Positions 11,257 to 23,432 of a stretch of DNA of 64,000 nt are shown one piece after another. Made by a program: the position numbers and the translations under genes. Under the pieces are notes generated by a model. The model was not told the DNA's origin. It searched no databases and saw only the letters and a list, made by a program, of their open reading frames with translations. Position 1 is the first letter of the stretch. Each line of letters opens with the position of its first letter. This stretch comes from Rebecca billardiae RCC1528 (lineage: Eukaryota > Protista > Haptophyta): assembly GCA_965240325.2 (NCBI GenBank), contig OZ251223.1, positions 992,001 to 1,056,000 of the forward strand. The letters are read 5' to 3'.

Positions 11257-12789
11257 TGTGGCTAGTGCAGTCGGAAAGCTCATCCACTCTCACTTTGATG
11301 AATTAACTCACGGTGTCCGAGATGACTAGTAGTAGTAGTCACAGGTGGCACCGGGCGCCATTAATTAGTGTCACATTGACATGTCCCGGGATTATGGTGA
11401 TGATGATACGACGACTACACTGCTGAGGTTGGGTGAGGCACTGAGGGTGGTGGTTGGTTGGGGGCTGGCCAGGGTAGGTCTGGAGGCTTCGGCCGCCAGT
11501 CTGATCACCCGGAGCCCGTTATAAAGGGGGATTTATTACTACTGCCAAGTATTCACGGAAGCTAAGCTACTGGTATAATCGCGAAAGTACCACATCGACG
11601 TAGCGTGTAATGCGCGCTACGCGGGCGGCTACGCCGAGGGCGAGTGTGCGACGTGGCGCGCTGCGATATGACGAGTCCGACAAGCGGGCTGCTAAGCGGC
11701 GGTGGCGCGCAGGTGGTAACACGTGTGCCGCGCGCGATCGTCAGGCGGCGTGCTCGCGACGGGCGACGCCGCGCGCAGCGCTCTTCGGGATGACTGGATC
11801 GTGAGGAAGCGCCCTCGCGCGCCCTTGTCACCGTGCGCGAAGACGGGCGGCGCGCCGGCAGACATTTGGCTTTCGTAAAGTTTGGCCGCGGCTTTACTAG
11901 CTTAGCTGCCTCGAGGCGAGGCAGGCGAGCGTCTGCCTCGCCTCGCACTGGCGCGATCTGCCTCGCTTATTGACACGAAGTCGCTCGAGTGGCCTTATAT
12001 TTGATGGTCCTTTGGCCCAAGAGCGATCCAGAAAGGAACCATCCGATACCCCCATATGGGTAGACTAGTGTATCGCGAGACGTCCCCGCGCTGGGCGAGG
12101 TTATCTACACAGATCTCGCGGGCGACAGGAGGGTATCTGAACCGCCCGCCCCTTTAGCGATAGGAATTGAATAAGATAGGGTTGCTGAATCACAAACCAT
12201 TTTCATATACCGATCGAAGACTCGCTTGGGGACGTATGATACCGTGCAGTAGGTCCATCTACTTTAATATATCTATCAGTAATACGTGCCCGGACGGGTG
12301 GACAATACTAGACCCTTTTCATTGGTTTCATTACCGAAGCGAACAATCAGCCCCGAGACGAGGTGGCGGGGGGCGGCGCGTGATATGGCCCGCAAAAAGA
12401 CCGCCGCCACGAGACCAAGAGTGCGCGCATGCCGCTCAATGCCGTCTGCGAGCGTGCCGGCGCGTGCGTGTGGCCAGAAGAGCTAATTGAGCGCACGGCC
12501 AGCTCCGCCCGACGGCCCCAGCGTGGCCTGGCGGCACACGTCGCGCGTGCAAACCGGAACCGCCGTGTGGACACAGCACGTCCGGCGAGGAGTGCATGTC
12601 GGCGAACCATCACCACCCATCCTGCCCAGGGCGCACCGCATCGCGACACGCACACGCCGCCACCGCTTTACGATGATTGTGCCTGATACGCTGTCTAGTA
12701 TCTGCTGACTGACCTCTACGCGCGACCCGTGCGTGCCTCGTGCCTCGATCGACGCCGCCCCTGATGCGCAGACTGCGCAGGCCTTGCCC

Positions 12790-15348
12790 ATGCCAGCGCC
12801 AGCTCCTGCGATAGCACCTCCCTCGACCTCGCCTGCTGCCGCCCGCCGCTACGCCAAGCACACATTTTGTGCTCCAGCCCAGACGGCGTGCGCACTCGCA
12901 TTAGTGGGTTTATTCTGGGCCTCCACAGCTCCGTGCGCACAGGGCGCGCCGCTCGCTGAAGACCCTGTGTTCACCAACTGCCTCGCCAGCCCTGCCACGT
13001 GCTTCTCACTGTGCGTGCGCGAGCTGATGCCGCACGTACAGCGCTCGCAAGTGTGGGGCAGGCTCAGGAGGCGCGGCGCGCGCAGCCAGCTTGCACGCGT
13101 GCTCAATCACCACACACTGTCGCTTGCTTGCTTGCGTGCGTGGCCTCCATCACTCCTTGCAGGTACCTCGACTCCAACTCGCTCAGTGGCACCATCCCGG
13201 CGGAGGTGGGTAGCCTGACGGCTCTTAGGGACATGTGCGCGCGCTGCCACGCACAGTGCCCAAACGCATGCGCGTGCGTGCCATCGCGAGCTGCTGCTTG
13301 CACGTCAATCAAGCTGGCGTGTGCCGGACCGCCCAGAGTTGCGCGGCACATGCAGTGCGCTGAGGGCGGCTGAGGCCGCTCCCGCACACACTGACGCCTG
13401 TGTGTGCGTACGTGGCCTTCCACGCCATGCAGGTGGCTCAACTCCAACTCGCTCAGTGGCACCATCCCGACGGAGGTGGGCGGCCTGACTGCACTTGATG
13501 TGATGTGCGCGCGCTGCCGCGCACACTGCCGCTGCGTTCGATCGACACCGCTACTACTGGGATCGCCCAGGGTTGCACGACGCATGCAGTGCGCTGAGGC
13601 TGCTCACACACACACTGACGCCTGTGCGTGCGCACGTGGCCTTCCACGCCATGCAGGTACCTCAACTGCAACTCGCTCAGTGGCACCATCCCATCGGAGG
13701 TGGGCGGCCTGACGGCTCTTTGGGGCATGTGCGCGCGCTGCCACGCACACTGCCGCTGCCTTCGATCGAGATTGGAGACCGCTGCTGCTGTGCAAACGCA
13801 TGCGCGTGCGTGCCATCGCAAGCTGCTGCTTGCACGTCAAGCTGGCGTGTGCCGGACCGCCCAGGGTTGCGCGACGTATGCAGTGTGCTGAGCCAGCTCC
13901 CATACTGACGCCTGCGCGTGCGCGCGTGGACTTGCACGCCATGTAGGGAACTCGCGTCCAACTCGATGACAGGCACCATTCCGACTGAGGTGGGCGGCCT
14001 GACGGCTCTTTGGGACATGTGCGCGCTGCCGCGCGCACTGCCGCTACGTGCCATCGACACCACTACTGCTGCTGAGCAAACCGCGTGCGCGTGTGCGACA
14101 CCATGAGCTGTGACTTGCGCGGTCAAGCTGGCGCGTGCTGGACCGCCCAACCAAAGTTGCGCGAGCGCGACGTATGCAGTGTGCTGAGGCCGCTCCCACA
14201 CACACTGACGCCTTCGCGTGCGCACGTGGCCTTCCACGCCATGTAGGGAACTCGATTACAACTCGCTAAGTGGCACGATCCCGACGGAGGTGGGCGGCCT
14301 GACTGCGCTTGATGATATGTGCGCGCGCTGCCGCGCACACTGCAGCTGCCTTCGATCGACACCGCTGCTGCTGTGCAACCGCGTGCGCGTGTGCGCCATC
14401 GCAAGCTGCTGCATGCACGCCAAGCTGACGTGTGCTGGACCGCCCAGAGTTGCGCGACGCATGCAGTGCGCTGAGCCAGCTCCCATACTGACCCCTGCCT
14501 GCGCGTGCGCGCGTGGCCTTCCACGCCTTGCAGACGACTTTACTCCAACTCGCTCAGTGGCACCATCCCATCGGAGGTGGGCGGCCTGACGGCTCTTTGG
14601 GACATGTGCGCGCGCTGCCGCGCACACTGCCGCTGCCTTCAATGGACACCGCTGCTGCTGTACAAACGCGTGCGCGTGCGCGCCATCGCAAGCTGCTGCT
14701 TGCACATCAAGCTGGCGTGTGCCTGGCAGCCCAGGGTTGCGCGGTGCATGCAGTGCGCTTAGCCCACTCCTGCACTGACGCCTGCCTGCGCGTACGCGCG
14801 TGGCCTTCCACGCCATACAGGTACCTGCAGTCGAACTCGCTCAGTGGCACCATCCCGACGGAGGTGGGCGGCCTGACTGCACTTGATGACATGTGCGTGC
14901 GCTACCGCGCACACTGCCGCTGCATGCGAACGACACCGCTGCTGCTGTGCAACCGCGTGCGCGTGCGCACCATCGCGAGCTGCTGCATGCACGTCAAGCT
15001 GGCGTGTGCTGGACCGCCCAGAGTTGCGCGACGCATGCAGTGCGCTGAGCCCGCTCCCACACACACTGACGCCCGCCTGCTACGCGTGCGCACGTGGCCG
15101 TCCACGCCTTGCAGGTGGCTCAACTCCAACTCGCTCAGTGGCACCATCCCGACGGAGGTGGGCGGCCTGACTGCTCTTACGTGAGTTGCGCGACGCATGC
15201 AGTGCGCTGAGCCCGCTCCCACACACACTGACGCCCGCCTGCTACGCGTGCGCACGTGGCCTTCCACACCTTGCAGGTGGCTCAACTCCAACTCGCTCAG
15301 TGGCACCATCCCGACGGAGGTGGGCGGCCTGACTGCTCTTACGTACAT
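12790..15348 (+). CDS. LRR gene A: signal peptide + C-x3-P-x2-C cap + nine single-exon plant-type LRRs; C-terminus not resolved (possibly truncated)
   Basis: Exon 1 12790-13010. LRR exons 13163-13234, 13433-13504, 13657-13728, 13947-14018, 14247-14318, 14534-14605, 14821-14892, 15115-15180 (66 nt), 15277-15348. All are AG/GT-bounded and phase 2-2; consensus xLxxNSLSGTIPTEVGGLTALxxM. Confidence 0.85.
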
Positions 15349-16125
15349 GTGCGCGCGCTGCCGCGCACATTGCCGCTGATGCAATCGATATACCTTTGCT
15401 ACTGCTGTGCAAACGCATGCGTGTACTCGCAAGCGCAAGCTACAGGGTGGCGCGGCGGATGTTGATGTATGGGCGGATGCATATACTTCAACACACCTGC
15501 ACCCATCTTCAACTTTGCGCCCTGCTGACAACAATGCCACTGTGCCTGCCTTCCTGTGCCATGCTGCTGCGACGGCGCGCGCCGGCGCGCCCCTCACCAC
15601 CAACCAGGCTGTCCTCTCGGAGCGCCGGCTGATCAAGCACGCGCTGCGGCTGTGCAGCATGCAAGGTGGCTGCGCAGAGCAGCCAGCATCGTCGCTCCTC
15701 GGCAGCCTTCGACTAGCCGCGTTGGTGATGGGCGACGAAGAGGACGCCGGCGTTGAGCCTTGAGGGCACGATGGCGACGGCAGATGCCGCTGCTGCCGCG
15801 ACGGCATGGAATCATGGATTGCCCTGATAGGGGAACGCTGTCGTGTCAGCCGTCGTCATTAGTTGCTGTTAGCAGCAGGAGCCGCCAGCGCCATCCAGAC
15901 GAGCTGCTCCGAGCTGCTGACTCGTACGTTAACCATTTATACCCGATTGGGGCCCGGCCAGGGCCGGGCGGCAGGCCGGGGGGGCGCCCGAGACGAGGCG
16001 AGTCAAATATCGATATGATCAGAGAGAGAGCCAGAGAGAGAGAGAGAGAGATAGCAGCTTATGCCTTATAATTATTAGTCAGACTGACAGACAGACTCTC
16101 AGAACTGCGTACGAGTCTGAGCAGC

Positions 16126-16148
16126 TATATATATATATATATATATAT
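16126..16148. repeat. (TA)n microsatellite at the left edge of element D1; (GA)n at 16021-16051; (CATA)n at 17436-17480
   Basis: Read directly from the sequence. Confidence 0.95.
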
Positions 16149-17435
16149 GACCGCGTTCCGCGGTCCTTTTCTGCATAGAATCAACGCAGTTGGGGGCCCG
16201 CGGTGGCCGTGCAATCGCGGCTCTCCGCCGTAGTGGCAGTTCGCCAGTTGAAGTCGGTTCTGAGATGACTGAAGCTATATTAGTCCGACCGTCGCCCTGC
16301 CTGCGCGACCGCGAGACTCATTCACACTTCACACAATCACAGCAGCGGACCTGAGACCGCACCCGGCACCGGTCGTCAAATCGGACGTCCGTCTGACAAC
16401 TAGCTGCCAAATGTCCAACTGGCTGATCAGCTCGGATCCGACCCGTCCGCGATCGTGCCATCGGCATCGGAATTACTACTAGTAGCTGCCAAACTGTGTC
16501 CAACTCTGGCTGATCAGCTCGGATCCGACCCGTCCGCGATCGTGCCGAGTGAGTCGTGCCGCGGAGCTCGGAGTACTGAAGGAGTCGGGTGTGACAGCAG
16601 GGTGCTTTAGCGCTGCGGCCCGTGCCAGCCAACGACCAGACGTACTCTGGCCACTTGACCCGTTGCACGGGTGAGTGACCGTACGCCCTGCCTAGTGCCT
16701 ACCGCGCGCGCCGCGCGACCGGCGACTCGGGGTGATGGAGAGCGGATGGCGACAGCAGCAGCAGTCCTCATGAAGACGATGAAACTGGCGGCACGGGTGC
16801 ACGAGGTGGCAGGCGAAAGCGCGCCGACGAGACCGCATTTGACACACCTGAGCCGCACGCGCGTGCCGTCGCCGAGGGCGAGTGGCGAGCGCTGCAAACG
16901 CGCAACCGTACCGCGCGCGCCACGACGGCGCGGCACTAGCTGATGCAGGCCGTACTGCCGGCACTGCTTCTGCGATCATGCGCCACGGTCGCAGCTGACT
17001 GCGTGAGCAGCAAGCGGGAGGCGGGTCCGGAGGCACGTGCAGGCGCCGTCCCGCATATCCGCCATCGCCCATCGTGCCGGGGCACGTCACTCCTCCGACG
17101 ATCCGGATGTGGCCCAGTCCGGACGTCACGCGATCCGGGAAGACGAGTACGATTCGCTCGTAACGAACCGTTACACTAATGTCACGTCCAGCTGACGTCC
17201 AGATCGCACTTTACTTAAGGGAATCAGCTGGGCGCGCTTTTTTTTGGCCTGATAGACCTCTCAATGCGATCTCAAAAACTCGAAACTCGGTCTCCGCCAG
17301 CCCTAAAAATCGCCCCCCGTCCCTTTTTTCCGCCGCCCCCCGTCCCTTTTTTCTTGATCAAAGATCTTTTTGAAACGTGGTTCGGGCCCGCTGGTGCGGG
17401 CTCCACGCTGCGCGCTCCGCCCTGCACCGCGGGCC
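16149..17435. mobile_element. Non-autonomous (TA)n-flanked element D1 with terminal hairpin and asymmetric inverted repeat
   Basis: Hairpin GACCGCG-TTC-CGCGGTC at 16149-16165; mini-hairpin CAAC-GCA-GTTG at 16182-16192; IR GGCCCGCGGTG (16195-16205) / CACCGCGGGCC (17425-17435); TA runs on both sides; same layout as D2. Confidence 0.6.
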
Positions 17436-17623
17436 ATATATACATACATACATACATACATACATCATACATATATATACCGTTATATACTTAGCAGCAT
17501 GACGATGACGACTCAAATAAATCCTCAGCGCATGTCTCCAGCATACTCTCAATGCTGACGCGATGATGACGACTCATCTGTAGCTTATGTCTCATCATGT
17601 CTCATGATCGTTATGATGGTCAA

Positions 17624-19013
17624 TCACGCGCCCGGTGGCCACGTGAGCGCCTTGCCGCCAATGATGTGCATGTGCAGGTGAAACACCGACTGGCACGCTG
17701 ACTCGCCGTCGTTGACGACGAGCCTGTACGAGTCGAGCTTCTCCTTCTCCACGATGGCAGGCACGCCGACAGCGAGCATGTGCCCGAGAATGGGCTTGTG
17801 CTCGGCTGTCGCATGCTGCAGCCTCGTGAGGCCATCACGGTGCTTCGGGATGAGCAGCACGTGCGTTGGGGCGACGGGTGCGATGTCGCGAAAGGCGAGG
17901 ACGAGCTCGTCCTCGTACACAATGTCAGCCGGGATTTCCTGCGGGCGAGGCGGGGCGCACAACGCGCGGGCGAGCGATGGCGTGAGCGCACTCCGAGGCA
18001 GCCGACCTGCGGGCGCGCGTGACTGTTACACAACTGTTACACGCAGATCGCGAGCACATCCGCACATCACACCCATCACGCACCTTCTTGAGGATCTTGT
18101 CGAAGAGGGTGGGATCGGCTGTGTCACGCGTGCCGGCGCCACCGATCGGCGCCCAGCGATCCTTCTCGTCCCAGCCCGCGAGCGCGCCCGTGATCTCCTC
18201 GCGCACGCGCTTGCCCACCTCGTCAGCCTCGGCCATGTGCTTGGCCCAGCGCGCGAGCCGTGGGCTCTGCAGCGCGCTCGCGACCGGCTTCCCGTCGATC
18301 TGCGCGTCGAATTTGGGCAGCATGTGCTCCCAGAAGAGGTACGACGGCCAGACCGCGCAGTCAGCCGCGCTCGGCGCCGCACCGAGCAAGTACGGGCCGT
18401 CCGCGTCCGCGTATGACTCGAGCACGCCAAGCTGGCGGCCGATCTCGGCGAGCGCCGCGCGGCGCGACGCGAACGGCCCGAATGGTGGGAAAGTGTTGAC
18501 GCCGCCCGAGCCGGCGGCCTTGTACATGGCGGACTGCACCGCGGCGAGGTAGCTGTCGTGCAGCCGGCAGATCTTGTCGCAGCGCGCAGCCGTCAGCGGG
18601 TCCGTCGGCTGCAGCTGCGGCCCCTTGCCAGCATACTGCGTGCACAGGTAGCGCGAGATCGTGTCCGACTCGGGGATGGACTCGCCGGAGGGCAGGATGA
18701 GGAGGGGCATCTTGCCCTGCGGGTTTGCCGAGCGGTACGCCTCGCTGTTCAGCCCACCCAGGTCGGCGGGCGACAGGATGCGCACCTCTGTGTCGGGGAT
18801 GGACTTGTAGTACAAGATCATCCGGCAGCGCGCGCCGTTGTTGGAGACGGGCACGTCATACAGCACGGCCGTCTTCGGCGGCGCGCCTGCGGCGGAGGCG
18901 AGCATGCGAGAGCGGGTGTAGTCGGCCGTGCGCAGCCGCTGCGTCGCCGACACCGATGAGGCCGTGAGCAGCGCGGACAGCCCGGAGAGTCGGCGGAGTG
19001 CGCACGATGACAT
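17624..19013 (-). CDS. Glutathione S-transferase-like + HIT (HINT-type) fusion protein with organellar leader
   Basis: Exons 19013-18084 and 17938-17624. GST-N: SNNGARCR..NPQGKMPLL..IPESDTISRYL. The splice joins TLFDKILKK|EIPADIVYED; HIT triad HLHMHII. Confidence 0.88.
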
Positions 19014-19130
19014 CTGGATGTCGATCGCGCCCGGCCGAAATGCCGAGGCCGAATAGCCGATCGGAACGGAGTCCGGTCGCGTTTCCGTACCCAGTGTCCG
19101 GCGCGCTGCATCGCGACACCGAGGCAGGCG

Positions 19131-22100
19131 ATGCTGGTCTGGACGTGCGCGCTCGCCGCCCTCGTGTGCGCGCTGGTATGGTGGCGGGAGGCGATCTTTC
19201 ACGCGCTCTCGTCGTCAAGAGGGGACGCTGTGTCCACATCCGATGCTCTCGCTGCCGACGAGGCCGCTCGCCTCCGCGACCTGCGCCTGAGAAAGTTTGC
19301 AGCAACCGCTTCCCCCGCAGCTCTGCCGGCGCCGGCGTCATCCGCGGCAGCAGCTGAGACGGGCGCCGTGCATGGCTCGGCGGCCGAAGCGTGCCGGGTA
19401 CCATGCGCTCCGGCGTGCGCACCGCCACGGGCACGCGCGCCGTCTCCGCCGCTCGACTCCCAGCCTGCAGACGACGGCCTGCGATCAACGGCCGCGCCCC
19501 AAGCGCGCGCCCTGCCGGACACACACAGCGCGGATCAGGAGCTCGCGAGTGCTCAGGCGCCTGCGAGTGCGCAGGCGCCGGCCAGCGCCACCACGGATGC
19601 CCCGGACGCATCCGCCGCCGCGGCGTGTGACGTCTTCCTCATCGCACAGACACCCACAACACCGGTCGGCTCAGCTCGCATCGAGCTCAGCGCACTGGGC
19701 CCACACCTGCCCGCAGGCTCGGAGCCTGCAGCCAGTCTCGCCCTCGCGCACGCGGCGGAGCTCGCCGACGCGTGCCTCGCCGTGCGCCTGCGCGGCAAGC
19801 CCGCGGGGCCCGACACCGAGGCTGAGCGCGCCACCTACCTGCGCAGCTGCTTCGCGCGCCTTCAGGCGCACGCGGCGAGCGCGGTCGGCCGCGCGTCGCC
19901 GCCGGCGGAGATGGATGGCGCTCGGCGCGCGCTGGCCGTGCGCTGGCGCGCCGCGGTGGTCGCCGAGGCGCGGCTCGCGGCGGCGGCCGCGCAGCCCGGC
20001 GCGCCCGCGCGGCCGCACCTCCTCGCGGCGGGCCTCGACCCGGCTTCACACGCGCCCGTCCCGGCGGCGCTCCTCGCGGCCGTCGCGGACGCGTCCGCGG
20101 CTGAGGAGCTGCGCGAGCTCGTGTGGCCTGCGCTCACGCAGCTGGCGCGGCGCGCGCGCACGCGCGACCTGCTCGCGGCCGCGGAGCTGTCGCGGGAGGC
20201 GGCGGTTCTGGCGGGGCTGTGCGCCCAGCCACGGCTGTGCGCAGCAGTCGTTGCCCACCCAGAGTGGCTCCCGACGCCCGCGCCGTCGGGCGCGCCGGAG
20301 GTCGGCGGCCATGCTGGCGGCGGCCATGCTGGCGGCGGCCATGCTGGCGGCGGCGGCGGCGGCGTGGCGGCGGATGCGCAGGCCGCGGCGCGCGCGCGCG
20401 TGCGCGAGCTCGAGCACGAGTCGATCTTGGGAGCCTTCCTGCGGCACAGCGCGCTGCCCAGCACCGCACCAGCCGTGGGTCAGCACGCGTATGAGCGCCC
20501 GACGCAGCTGCAGCCGCACGCGGCGCACGCCGCCACGGAGGCGCTGCGCGAGGGCGCGGCCGCGAGCCACTCGCACCTGGTGCGCGCGGCGAAGGCGCTA
20601 GCGCGCGCGGGGCCGGTGGACGGCGTGGACGCGCGGCGCGCGCTGCTCGGCTTCGTCGGCGGCGTGATCGACGCGAGCGCCGACCGCGCCAAGCTGCAGT
20701 ACGACCCGAGCGCAGTGTGCTCAGACGGCCTGCTCATCAACCTCTCCGCGCTGCTGCTCGAGCTGGCCGCGCCGTTCGTCACGTTCGCGCGCGCGGACGG
20801 CCGGCTGCGTCCGGACCTGGCGCGGCTGGGGCATGTACGTGCGGCGTACTGCGCGCCCGGCGCGTGCGCGCACTCGCGCCAGCTCGGCGGCGCGGCGCGG
20901 CTGCTCGCCGCGGGCACGGCCGCTGCGGCCGCCCCTGCGGCGGCCGACCCGAGCGAGCGGCCGCCGCGCGCACCGCCGGCACCGGCGGCGGCGCGCGCAG
21001 CCGCGCTCGGCGCCGACGCGCCTCCGCCGGCCTTTCATTTTGTCTGTGAAATGTTTTGGCTCTGCGCCCTCTGCCTGCGCGTCGGGCTGCTCCCCGCGCT
21101 GCGCCACTACGACCGCCTCCTTCACGATCTGGGCGCGGCCAACCGGCAGCTGCGCGAGGCGACGGAGGCGGTGGGCGGCGCGCTGGGCGGCGGCGGCGTG
21201 CAGGCCGGCGGCGCGTGGGGCGGCGGTGCGGACGGGGTGGGCGGCATGGCGCGCGCGCAGCTGCAGATGCTCGAGCGCCAGCGCGAGACGCTGCTGCGCG
21301 CCAAGCTCTGCTGCGACGTGCACGTGCTCTGCCCGCGCACCCTCGACCTCGCGTGCGCGTTCTACGGCGCCGCGGCCGCGTGGCTCGGGTCGACGCTCTT
21401 AGGCGGCGCGTCGGCGGCGGCGGCGCTCGACGGCGCGGCCGCGCCGGCCGAGCCGCCCGCGACCGCGGACGCGGGGGAGGTGCCTCTCTTCCTCGTCGAG
21501 GACATGGCGAGCTTCGTGGTGCGCCTGACCAAGTGCGCGCCCGACCGCCTGCTCACGCCGGCCAACCGCGCCGCGGCGGCCGAGCTCGCGGCGCTGAGCT
21601 CGGTGCTGCTGGGGCACAGCGGGCTGTGCGCGAACATCGCGGTGCGGTGTGACCTACTCGAGGCATTGTGGCACCTGGCGCCGCTCGAGGGGAACCCGTT
21701 CCTCGACGACCTGCGCGTGCCCCCGCGGCTCTTCGAGCGCGAGCCGCGGCTGCACGCCACGCTCGTGCGCTCGCTCGCCGCCCTGGTCGTCGAGGTGGAG
21801 CGCACGGGCTCCATCGAGACGTACGTGCACGCGCCCGCGGCGGCGGCGCGGCACATGGCTCACAGCCTGCTCGCGCACGTGCTCGGCATCTCGGACCAAG
21901 ACGCGGCGGCAGTGGGCGTGCCGCCGCCACGCGAGGAGCCGGAGCCCGCCGAGCCCGCCGCCGCCTCGGCCCTGCCCGCCGCCGCGTCGCTCTGCGCAGC
22001 CGGTCCGTACACGCGAGCGCTCCGCGCGCTGCCGGCATGCGAATTCGTGCCGTTCGCACACCGGCTGCTCGTCGACCTCAGCTTCCTGGTGGCGCAGCTG

Positions 22101-23044
22101 GCCGAGCGGCTGGGCAGCGTGCGTGCGCTGGACGAGGCGCGCGCCGACGGCGCGGGCTGGGCCGCGCTGGGCCCCGCAGAGCGCTCGGAGCGGGAGCGCG
22201 CGCTGCGTGACCACGGCGCGAACTTGCGCAGAGACGCCCAGCTGGCCCTCGGCACCGCGCGCGCACTGCGCGCCGTGTGCGAAGTGCGCGCGCGCGCGCT
22301 CGCGGATGCGGCCGAGCTGCGCGCGCGCGTGCCGCCCGTGCTGTGCCACGCGATCCGCGTGCTCTGTGGCAGTCGGCTGGCCGACTCGCCCGCGGCCGAG
22401 CTCGATAGGCGATTCCGCCTGCGGCCCGCTGAGATTCTCTCGAACGTTCTCGGAGCGTTCCGCTGCCTCGGCGCGGACGAGCGGCTCGCGCGCGCGGCGC
22501 TCGACGATGGCGCGCGGCTCGTCGACCGCGCGAGCCTGGCACACGCCCTCGGCGTGTGCGAGCGCGCGGGCACGCTCCCGCCCGAGCTCGGCGACGCCGT
22601 GCGCGCGCTCGGCGCGCGGCTGCACGAGCTTGGCGCGCGCGACGACGGCCGCGCGCTGCAAGAGCGGCGGCTGGCCGCGGCGCCGGATGCGTTCCTCTGC
22701 CCGCTCACCGCCGAGCTGATGACGGACCCGGTGCGCGCGCGCTCGGCGGCCGCGCCCTGCCAGCGCGGCGCGCGCGCGCGCACGAGGCAGGCCCGGCGGG
22801 CGCCCCTCGTCGCGCAGGGCTCACCGCTGGCACGCGCGCGCCGTCCGCGCGGCAGGTGCGGCTGCCGTCCTCGCGCATGGTGGTCGAGCGCGCGTCCGCG
22901 CTGCGCCACCTCCTCGACGACCCGACCGACCCGTTCACGCGCGCACCGCTCAGCGTGGCGGAGCTAGCTCCGGAAAGCGCTCTGCGCGAGGCGATCGAGG
23001 CGTGGTGCGCGGAATTCAGTGCCTCTGCCAACACAACGCGCTGA
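19131..23044 (+). CDS. U-box ubiquitin conjugation factor E4 (Ufd2/UBE4-like)
   Basis: Exons 19131-22730 and 22856-23044. Ufd2 core motifs (ESILGAFL, SDGLLINL, FHFVCEMFWL); spliced U-box PDAFLCPLTAELMTDP|VRLPSS..RHLLDDPTDPFTR.PL. Confidence 0.85.
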
Positions 23045-23432
23045 TGACCCGATGGCTTTGAGTTTGATGAGTGATTGATGTTGCCACCGCCGGGCACTGA
23101 CGAACGTAGAGTCGTACTCGACTACGTCGCTACGTAGTAGTCGTAGGCGTCGCGTAGTCGTATAGGGCTCCACGCGCCGCGGGAGTAGCAGCGCTAGTTA
23201 TTCGCTTCGTCGAGTAGTAGCAGCAGTCACGACACCGGCAGCGATGCCGCGGACTGTTTCGGTCCGGGACCGGGGGCGGGAGCAGCTCGCCATAGAGGCC
23301 ATGGTCCGGCAGAGGGCGACTCAGGAGCTGATGAGCGGCGCTGGCGCCTGGCGTCCGTGTCGTCCTCTTAGACAATCAGTTATATTGTACCAATAACCCC
23401 ACGCATCTCATATATATATATATATATATATA

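Noticed and set aside
12074-12240. RNase MRP/P RNA (GTCCCC...GGGGAC pairing)
   Set aside because: The flanks do not match the CR-I and CR-V consensus; kept only as an unassigned structured region.
13163-15348. CRISPR-like array (conserved repeat plus spacers)
   Set aside because: The repeats are in-frame LRR exons with AG/GT boundaries, the spacers are homologous introns, and no cas genes are present.
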